Positions 54,021 through 64,000 of a stretch of 64,000 nt of DNA are shown here, piece after piece. The notes under the pieces are model-generated. The model saw only the letters and a list, made by a program, of their open reading frames with translations. It had not been told where the DNA came from and did no database searches. Source of the DNA: Ylistrum balloti (taxonomy: Eukaryota); assembly GCF_031769215.1 (NCBI RefSeq), contig NW_026782006.1, forward strand, positions 992,001 through 1,056,000, in the 5' to 3' direction. Made by a program: the position numbers and the translations under genes. Positions within the stretch are counted from its first letter, which is position 1, and each line of letters begins with the position of its first letter.

Positions 54021-54794
54021 TATATCCTTGATTATTTGTATATAATAACACGAGACATTTGTCGAACTGGTGGACTGAGGCTTGACATAATCTGTTCAGT
54101 GTGTTGATTTTTCGTCCTGTCTTAGGAATATATCTAATGTGCATGGCTCCGTTATTTCCCACTAGATAAATTGAGCTTGATGTTTACAAGTAATAATACC
54201 TTAGTTGGTAAATAATGTTTCCACTTGTAAGTAAATGACATACTTACTATGTAAACGGACATAATGGTTGGTTTGAATCAGCGGTACGGTAATGTTTGTT
54301 CGTTCCATCCATTGATTTTAACAATGATACGCGCGTAGCTGTGTTTATTGTCCTAGTTTAAATTCAAAAAGGCGCATTCGATACACACTGTGACAAACAT
54401 GTGCTCTGGTTACTTATACCATATAACGAGATCAACGTTAAAGGTGTAGGTATGTAAAGTTGATCGATTGTAAGAATCCTGTTTATGGGATATTGTAAGT
54501 GGAATAATTAATAGAAACAATATAAAAACCGCCATACTAATATACTAGAAAAAAAACACTTTATAGTCATAATAACATACGGTAATAGCTCACACTGCTG
54601 TTGTTTACGTCGATACACAGACTACATAGACGTCACACAGTTAAATATAGTAACACTGAATACTACAATTATAGCTGTATATCAATATACATTCAGATAC
54701 TTATTACACCAAAATGCGTACTGACGCATACACGTAATGACACTTTTACACAAAAATATATATACATAGTGAAGTACATTACACAAAAATAGTT

Positions 54795-54830
54795 GTAATA
54801 ATAATGATAATAATAATAATAATAATAATA
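54795..54830. repeat. (AAT)n microsatellite
   Basis: Direct reading. Confidence 0.9.
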
Positions 54831-57034
54831 AACTTTATTTTCGGAGGATTACATATTTAGCCAACGGCTTATCTTCCATATGGTCCTCTTGTTAGTAATT
54901 TACTTTATCTATGCGAGGCAATTAAAACACTCTTTTCCTATTCCGATTTCATCCACACTTTTACAGTTGAAAGGTAATTGTCCAGTTTTTTGTTAAATTT
55001 TACAGTGCTAGGCCAACCAACTTTGGGCCAATCATGTGTTGTAGCTAGTAAATGTAGGATCTAGACCTCGACAGTTTGATAATTTTGCGTAATGTAACCA
55101 CTTATTGTGTTTTAAGGAAAAGTAACAGATTTCGAGAAATATGGGAAAAAAAACAACATTAAATGTAATAAAGACACCATTTTTCTTTAACCTTGATGAT
55201 ATGAAGAGGTGTACATGCTAGATCATTCACTCGATGTCTAAATTTTAAAACTGACATAAGTACCTAAATAAACTGTGCTGTGACCAAATTCTTGTGGTTA
55301 TTGATCGTATCGTAACAAAACAGTTTTCAAGCGCAGGTTGCGTCAGTTTGCCATGGCCTAGTTCGAAGAATTATATCTGTTCTCTATTTATTTTTTTTGT
55401 CTACGGGTCAACTTTCAGCCAAGGGGTGTATGGCATTCGCAACTTTTATTAGAAAGGGACGGCGAACTTTTTCTCCTAACTTATACAAATCATGACGGGT
55501 ACGTGTGTGTAAGCAATGATAAGTAAGGAATAATGACATGACTCCCCTAGAAGTTATACAACTATAAACAGCTAGGTTTTCTACACAGAGTATTTCTGAC
55601 ACTTTTTTAAGACTATAGTATGGATATTCATCACTTGTTATTTCTTCCTAGTTCTTGTTTTAAACATTAAATCTGATCGAATGCAGCAAAATGGCCCATT
55701 TTATCCTGTTTAATGTATCCCAATATTTGTTAAATGTTACTGTAACAAACCCGCACGCTATATCTACATTTACATAGGATATTGCTCATCACGGCTCCAT
55801 TTGTGAGAGAAAACCAATTATTTCACAAATCAAGGTTTTTCTTTAACAGTGCTCTACAATATACAAAGACTGACATGACCAGTGTTAATTGAATACCACG
55901 GTCTTGTTCCGGTTCTGTAATATCTTATCGTTTCGTTATCTCAGCACTAAGTATTAAAATACTTAGTATGACTTTCAGACCAGTTCTTAAACCTCGAGTA
56001 AGATAGTGGTGTCGCTTATGATATTTTGTGGTAATAATTTGCAAGAGGAAATCAAACACTGTGATGTGTTGTAAATAGTTCAATAATACATACGTATAGT
56101 ACACAGTTCCGAAGTCACTGTGTTAGGTTGGAATACTTCCAAATAAGGTTTGATCAAAGCATACGGCTATTATAAAGACTATAATTACTGAAGTGACATC
56201 AGACAGTAATTGTACATTATGTAACAAGAATACAGTGTTCGGGTACCTACTTTAAAGTATGGTATGACTAATACTGAACCATGTCACGTGCAAAAAGTTT
56301 CAAACAATTATAAATAAACCTGTGGCTTTTTGGGTATTTCGATTGCTTTCAACTTTGTAATTACAGGTATGAAAACTGTAACTACCGGATTCATTGTGTG
56401 AGTTTTGTCTCCCAAGGTGTCTGGAGTATTACATAACCATAAAGTACAGATCAGTTTTAAACACGATAATAACATAGCTGTGTCGCTAGTCATTTATAAC
56501 TTATCCGTGTGACTAACGATTCTTTTTATCTTATCTATACACAGTTGTTAATAACACGTATTGATACACATATCCAAATCCAGTTATAGAGTACAGCCAG
56601 AAAATGATATTGAAAGTATGTAGTGATACATAGTTTCAGAGCTAGCCCTGGTAAAATACAGTATATATGTGTTAGTTAAAAGTTACATATTGTATATACA
56701 TAGTAAACCTGTAGTAAGAAAGCAAGATATTACAGATAATAATTTGGATTGGAATATCACGTTATGCATAAATATTATACATAATATTAAATCAATTTAA
56801 ACAGCTCCAGCTTTGTACATATATATAATAGTGCATCAAAGAAAAAGTAAAATGACATAAGAAAATACCAATAATATAAAAATGTGTGTTTACAATGTTG
56901 ACAAGAAATACGCTGGAGGATAAACAGTTAATTTCGGGTTAAAAGCTTTATAGGTAAGACAATAGGATAATAATCTGCTAAAATATTGAATAGACTTAAA
57001 ACAGTTCTTTAGAGAATTTTATTATGAAATCTGA

Positions 57035-60000
57035 TCATCCATGCTCCTTGACGTGATTGCTGAGGGAACGTTTAAAAGAGGCAAAACGTGTTGTCGTCCT
57101 TATCTCATTCAGCAAATTGTTCCAGAGTTGGCTTCCTGCAACTACAAAATTATTGCCATAAAACTTGGTAAGATATTTAGGAATATGTATAATATTGCTA
57201 TGGCTTGATCTTGTACATCTGGTTTGGATATCAGACTTCAGGTTAAACAAACTACATAAATATTCTGGAACAAGGTGATGGACACATTTGTATACCATTG
57301 AACCTGTCCTGTAACGATAAAAATCAGCTAAAGGCAACCAGTTTAAAACACAAAAAAAGCTTTTGCGACAGATTTTTGAACATCCACTCCAGACTGTTGA
57401 ACAATACAGGAAGTGGAGAAAAACGCATGCATTAAAATATTTGATTCCAGCGTTCCTTGGAAGGTATTTCTTAATTCTTCTCAAGAGACACAAACCTTTA
57501 TTAATTTTTCCTAATACATAGTTGACATGATCTTCCCAGCATAAACACTTATCAATTTTTACACCCAGCAGTTTAGCAGACTGTACCTGGGCAAGCTCTG
57601 TATTGTTTAAAGACAGATCCAAGACATAATATTTTCTACTATGTTTCTGCTTTGTGGTTATAACCATACATTTTGTTTTGTCAGCATTAATAATCATTCT
57701 ATTTTCAGTACACCAATTTTCGACTGCATTTAGGTCACATCGTAATTTATTTTGGACATTTAAAATAGAAGAATCAGAAGCTGATAGAGTTGTGTCATCA
57801 GCGTACATATCAGTTTTACAACCTCCGTGAAGTTGATTCCCTATTCTCTATTCCTTTACTTATTCGACGTAGCAGTTGATTACTTATTCCTTATTCCTTA
57901 TTCAATTACCAATTCGACACTTTCATTCCTAATTCAATGCTTCAGAATAATTATCAAACGTGCCCATTCTATTTTTCCTCCTTTCTATTATGTATTCAGT
58001 TCCTTTTCGTTATTCCTCCCCTCATTACTTATAGACAATAAAGATCATTTTAAATGAATGCATAAATGTTTTAATTCCTTTCTTCGACCTATACAACACA
58101 TGTAGAATGCTGATTACTTATTCGAAACCTTCATTACTTATTCGATTTCCTCATTACTTATTCGATTTCTTCATTAATTATTCAATTTTTACATTACATA
58201 AACACGATATGGACCGTATTCACATGACCTGACGAGAATTTCTAAAGTTTCCATTTAATCTTCCATCATGTTTTTTGTAGCTAAATGGCTGCGAAATGAT
58301 AGAAACATGGACTAATAGGATTATTAGGAGTACTAATAATTGATTAACGTTTTCATTTATATTGTCAGTAATGCCAGTCGGTAAATAAACTTTGGACTAC
58401 AGTCAAAATAAACGTACAAGATACAGCAAACTGATATATTAAAATAAAAGAAAATAAGAAAATTATTCATTGTAAAGGATTCGAGCAGGAAGTGAACATT
58501 GGTTTCGACATATAAAACTCATATAAGTAATAGAAATACCCAATGATTTGTTTTAACCAAGTATGGACAGAAAAGTGGACAAAGGGTAAAGAGTAAGAAA
58601 AGTGAGAATTCAATTCAGTAATACCAGTTTCAGAATAAGAAATGAAAGTATGAATAAGTTATGGATATGATAATTGATACGTATTTCACCGTTCATTTTG
58701 ACAATAGATTCTAAAGAAATATCAGATTCTAATACATAATGAGTACAGTATCTCCGATAAACAGGTCGAAAATAGAATGAAATCGTCTAATTCTTCATTT
58801 AAAACTATCTGCATTATTTATAAATGATAATAAATCGAATAAGTAATGAGAAAATCGAATAATTAATGAAGGATTGGAATAAGTAATGAGCACTTTACAT
58901 ATGTTGTTCAGGTGGAAAATGCAATTAAAACGTTTATTCATTCATTTAAAACTATTTTTTATTGTTTATAAGTAATGGGAATATCGAATAAGAAATGAGG
59001 AAATGGATTAAGAAAAGTGTACTGAATATGTATACTGTAATAGAAAAGAGGAATAATAGAATGAGCACGTTTAATAATTATTTAGAAACATTCATTGTGT
59101 TATTTCATAATTTTTAAATGAATAAATAATAGGTATTGAATTCGGAATGAAAATTTCGAATAGGTAATTAAATAAGGAATAAGTAATCAACTGCACCGTC
59201 GAATAAGTAATGGAATAAGGAATAGGGAATAGGGAATCAACTTCACGGACGTAGTTTTACACTGTTTTTCTAAGGGAAGATCATTTATAAAAGTTAAAAA
59301 TAAAACAGGTCCCAATATAGATCCCTGAGTAATAGTCATGCTTTGGGACAATTCACCTGAAATACTTACTTTTTGTAGTCTATTGGTGAGATAGGATTTA
59401 AACCAGCTCACCGATAACTCATTGCACTGGTAGAGCTTAAACTTTTGGATTAAAACATGATGATCAACGCAGTCAAACGTTTTTCTAAAGTCTAAAAATA
59501 CAACACCATTTATATTACCTTGATCAGCGTCCTGTGTCCATGAGTTAATAATTTTCAATAAGGCAATTTCACAGGAGTGATCTTTTCTAAAACCAGATTG
59601 AGAGGACACCAACAGGTTATTTGCACATAGTTATTTGTAAAATTAAGTGTGTACATGCCTCTCAAGAATCTTAGATAATGCATTTAAGACAGATATGGGT
59701 TAAAATTTGACACATCTGATTTATACCCACTTTTATGAATTGGTAAAATTTTTGCAAGTTTCCAATTACTAGGGAACTTACCAGACTTTATACTCAGGTT
59801 ACAAATATATGTAAGAGGCCTAGAAACATGAGCATATTATACTTTGATTACTTTGACCAACGGACTTATGCTTGTCAAGACCTTTCAGAAAGTTTTGAAC
59901 AAATTTATCAGTAATTAGTTGGATAGAAGATATGCAGTCGTTATCAAGTTTTTCTTTCACAAACTTGACGAAACTTTAGAAAGGGATTCTCTTAATTTAC

Positions 60001-61275
60001 TAGCAATAGTAGAGAAATAATGGTTAAAAGTTTCAGCTATTTCACATCTGTCAAATGTTTCACAATTTCCGTTTAGGACCATGCCTGGTGTTGAACTATT
60101 CTTTATTGGAGCAAGATCCTTAACAAATTTCCATAGTTTACTAGGATTGTCTAGGTTACTTTCGATGACAGATTGATATTGTGTGGATTTTGCCTCCTGA
60201 ATCATAGATGTAACCTTGTTACGTTGAACACGGTAGTTTACCATGTCACGAGCGGCCTTTAAACAGTCGCGTTGGATTATTTCATCAGTCATCCATTCAG
60301 GTTAGGCAGGTTTCTTAACTCGACGCGTGCGATAAGGTGCATGTTGGTAAGAATGTCAGTAAATAATTTAGTCCACGCATAGAGAGCATCGTCTACATCG
60401 TCAAACATTTCAATGACCGTCCATGGGGCTGATGCGATGTCAGAGAGAAAAGTCTCCTCGTCGAAACCCTTGAATGATCGGTAACGGTTATCTGTATGGG
60501 AGAATTTGGAACCAAAACTCCATTTGCGGACGAAACAAATGGGGTAATGGTCACTTAGCCCATTTTGTATTACATGTGTGGCTCTAATGAACTCTGGTGA
60601 CGATGTATACACATGATCAAGTAAGGTTTCTGATTCAAAGACCCTAGTAGGATCTTTTACCATCGGAGATAAATAGTGGCCGGAGGTGATATCAGTCATT
60701 TGATTGGTCTTTACAAGGTCAATGTTGAAATCCCCCACGATTATTACTTCAAGATTTAAGTCAAATAATTTATCAAGAAACAACTAAAAGTTCTCCATCC
60801 ATGAAACAGGAGATGCTGGTGGCCTATAAATATTTGCTATAAGTAGTGGTTTGGAGTTTATGAACTTCATCTCGAGACAGACAGTTTCCATGTCAGGAGT
60901 TTCAATGTCATGTCTCCTAACAAATGGGATGGCAGACTTTACTTAGGTAGCAACACCACCATGGCGCTGACCATCAGACCTGTCGGAACGTTCCAGTGTT
61001 AGACCTTTAATGGATATTTCTTCATCACTAATTTGAGAATTTAACCAAGTCTCTTGAAGACAAACAACACCAAAGTTGTTGCTTGTTACATGATAAGAAA
61101 GTTCAGGCATTTTATTGTACATGTTCCTTATATTCCACGAAAAAAATCGGAGACCAGCGGGCAATGTGTGATCAAAGAAGTTCTGGGAATTGCCATTGTA
61201 AATATGTGCAAGAGTATTTCCAGTAAACAGATCATCAGGGAAGCATTGTACATAAGTTTGTATAGGTAAAAACAT
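57035..61275 (-). mobile_element. Decayed CR1/L2-type LINE (APE endonuclease + reverse transcriptase), interrupted
   Basis: APE motifs SWNIR, CLQETWL, VGDFNID, LLDHVY and SDHYPI. RT motifs QSGFR, FLDFRKTFDCVDH, QGSILGPVLF and YADDT, plus C-terminal LGVKID. Multiple frameshifts. Confidence 0.93.
57821..59252. mobile_element. Non-autonomous foldback/Mutator-like DNA element with long TIRs and a 9-bp TSD
   Basis: Ends ACCTCCGTGAAGTTGATTCCCTATTC and GAATAGGGAATCAACTTCACGGACGT. TSD AGTTTTACA at 57812-57820 and 59253-59261. Subterminal ACTTATTCGA/TCGAATAAGT repeats extend the inverted arms by about 400 bp. Confidence 0.9.
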
Positions 61276-61779
61276 ATCACTACAGGTGGACAGTGGGGTA
61301 CCTCAGGAGCATTCACAACACACAATAGCCAAGGTAATCCCCAGTAGTATACAGGTAAAAATAGGTTTACCTGGCGACTGTTCAGGCGTGACACTTGATT
61401 TCCCCATACTGTACCTCAGCTACATAGATTTGTGCACAACACTATCATGGAATAGTCCAAGCTTGCATCTGTAGTCATTTAAATAACACATTTCTTACAC
61501 AAATATAAATACAGTGAACTTACACACACACAGACAGATATACACACCGACAAGATTTGCCGTCAAAATCACCCTTTTCCCCCTATCGAGCAGCTTTTTG
61601 TGCTCGGGTAACGTTATGATTGTTCAATTTAACAATATTGTTGTTATACTCAAAATCAAACATCTTTGTTAAATATAGAATGAAATGAACGCACCATTGT
61701 GCTTACAATTAAACATGACAAATATATTCTACTCTTATCTGATATTCGTAGCTTTCTTTTCCCTGAACGGTTAACGGCC

Positions 61780-62680
61780 GGACAAATATTTGGTTGTGAA
61801 TTATACTGAAGCGTATTTAGGGCAAAATACGTCCGAATCAAAGAAGTAATATACGCAGGACGAAATAAAAAAAAACGGATCGAGTCTCTGGTGGACAACA
61901 TCTTCATCGAGTCTGATGGCTCTCCCAAGAGACAAAATGGCATACCCATGGGAACTAATTGCGACCTTTTGATGGCTGACTTTCAAACTCGTTTAATTTC
62001 ACTTTCATGTATGTTGTTGACAGATGACCTTATGTCTTTTAATAACAAGATATTTCGTGACCACCTACATCATATATACGCACCAGAATTGGTAATTAAG
62101 GACACTATAGGGTCTTTTACATCAGTCGCTCATCTTCATTCAAGCTGTAATATAAGCGTGATGATTTCAATATCCCTATTGTCTTTTTTAATTTGTGGAT
62201 AATTTATTGATACCAACAATCATGCATCTCCATCATATAATGTTTACATGTCGCATTTAATACGATACTCGATGGTCTGTTCCCATTATCATGATTTGCG
62301 TGCAAAAAGTTGATAGGGTGTCAAAAGCGATGGATATTATGGCGATGTTTAATGGTTGTCATGGTGAACTCATTGTTCTATTTCTTTGTGAGATTTGAAG
62401 CTGTACGTGTTTTCCTGTTTGCTCCATTGTTGTATGCCTTGTCTTGAAAACCCGATATGACTTACTTAGATTGACCAAGATTTACATGGCGGGTTTCGTC
62501 ATTGTAGCAGAAAACGCTTATTCTTCAGGAACTTTGAGTCTTATTCTTCCTGTACTTTTTCAGGGGGCTCCGACTAAATGTTTTATTGAATTGAAGTTTG
62601 AATTATGTCCATGTTGATATGTTGGTAATTTTTCTTCTCGTGTTTTAGCAACTGTTCAATAAATCACTGAAGATAACAGA
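61780..62680 (+). mobile_element. Penelope-like element RT remnant and 3' tail
   Basis: DNIFIESDG..QNGIPMGTNC, FNNKIFRDHLHHIYAPELVIKDT, DDFNIPIV and SHLIRYS, all typical of mollusc PLE reverse transcriptases but fragmented. Confidence 0.75.
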
Positions 62681-63369
62681 AATCTTATTCTTTACTTACT
62701 ATTCATTATTCAGTCATACATTATTGGCATTTTGTTTCTCCTTTTTTGTCTTCTTTTCCATCTCTCAGTCTGATTTTCATAACTACAAGCTAGAGAACGT
62801 TTCCATATAAAATTTCAGATACATCGACCAAATGTCTCTAAAGATACAGTGACAACAAAATGCAACTGTTATGATAATATATGGTTGTCTGTCGGCCATT
62901 TTAATATTCTAATCTGTCCCAAATGAACAATATATAACTACAAAGTAAGGTATCTACATAAGAAATATTAATAACGATCCATCTAGTACTTCTCAAGATA
63001 CAATATATATACATAACGATCCTCAAGAAACATTAAAGCTGTCTGTAGACCATTTCGATCAAATCTGTTCCTTATAGATTCGGCTTTTACTGACGTCCCG
63101 CCTTTTGTTGACCCGTCATCCATTTTTACCAGAGAGATTTTAGAGAATAATAAAATGACACCATATAGCATATGGTTAGATGCTGGAAAAAGAAATACCA
63201 CCATCTGAGAACAGTGAAGCGGTGGAACTCTTCAAGAAATGCACGCGGGAGGTGGGAAAATGTTAAAATCTATTCCTATTAGTTCAACACATTAATTTGA
63301 TACGGGGAAATCTGGAAAATGGTGATACAAAATTATATTATTTCAAAGGGTGATTTTTTATCCATTCAT

Positions 63370-63900
63370 ATAAACCAACCGTCTTTTGCATATTTTTATG
63401 CTTCCAAATTCGAAGGGCTTATTATATTTAGTCAGTCTATCTGTCAATCTGTTTAAGGGTTGTCGCGTCGAATGATTTCAGATTTCTTCATCAGACTTGA
63501 GCCAATCGTCCTGTAATTCTTTATATCAATAAGATCTCAGATGACGTAGATATTATTCCTAATCCATATATATTTGCCAGAGTTACGGAGCTTTAAAATC
63601 CATTTCTTTGTTTCTGTTTAATAACTTTAAGCCTTAGTGTCATATTTGAACCAAATTGATTTCATTGCTTTATATTAGTGAGATCTCAAATATGTTAACA
63701 ATGGTCAAAATCCGTCAACAGGTAACAGAGTTTAGAGAATTTAAGATCCTTAAAACAGATGCTTTCTTTGTTTTTATTCAATAGCTACATTTTTTTTGTT
63801 TTGAACTAAATTTGGTATAAATAACTCAGATTGGAACCAAATTTGGTAAATCAATATATCCCCGCAAGAACTCGAAAGAGTTTGATTCGTCATTTTTTTC
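63370..63900 (-). mobile_element. HINE-like repeat fragment in reverse orientation
   Basis: Starts ttttatgcttccaaattcgaagggc..., followed by degenerate gtct/gtca repeats and a core resembling the fragment at 146-560. Confidence 0.4.
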
Positions 63901-64000
63901 CACAGTTACGGAACTTAAAAACCTTGACACCTTCAATGTCATGAAGACATATTTTCAATTTGCATGTCGTGGCCCACATGTTTACTTATCCTTCAGAAAT

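Noticed and set aside
52784-54045. YRYITVMFM-repeat ORFs
   Set aside because: Translation of the 27-bp minisatellite.
54045-54070. Partial hammerhead (GAGACATTTGTCGAA)
   Set aside because: A stem II-like hairpin only, with no CTGA core.
55408-56493. Short minus-strand ORFs at 55408-55602 and 56308-56493
   Set aside because: No family motifs or splice support. Lengths are expected by chance.
62655-62690. Hammerhead at the end of the Penelope remnant (CACTGAAGATAACAGAAAT)
   Set aside because: CTGAAGA and GAAA are present but stem II and stem III cannot form. At most a relic.
62983-63204. Minus-strand ORF MDDGSTKGGTSVKAESIRNRF as an exon
   Set aside because: No convincing splice sites and no recognisable homology.

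Overview
AT-rich eukaryotic genomic DNA. The repeat families look like those of bivalve molluscs, which is an inference. Two spliced minus-strand genes can be assembled by hand with frame-consistent junctions. The first is a 6-exon CXorf65/C22orf15-family gene (1500-8864, 173 aa, one GC-AG intron). The second is a 9-coding-exon NLR/STAND gene (15092-35740, about 1131 aa) with a DED-like N-terminus, NB-ARC, TPR repeats and a Ser-rich tail. An intact minimal type I hammerhead ribozyme lies in sense orientation in NLR intron 4, and a decayed paralogous copy lies on the other side of the Walker B exon. Intron 4 also holds an orphan antisense cystine-knot-like terminal exon. Directly upstream of the NLR is a ~16.7 kb tandem array of ~3 kb units (about 5.7 copies). 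Each unit carries an exon-like segment and a minisatellite rich in 5' splice-site motifs. The rest is intronic minisatellites, decayed Tc1 elements, an L1/Tx1 ORF1 remnant, a CR1/L2-type LINE interrupted by a foldback element with a 9-bp TSD, a Penelope remnant and Helentron-associated (HINE-like) repeats. Most long ORFs in the supplied track are tandem-repeat artefacts. All coordinates were counted by eye and may be off by a few bases at repeat edges.
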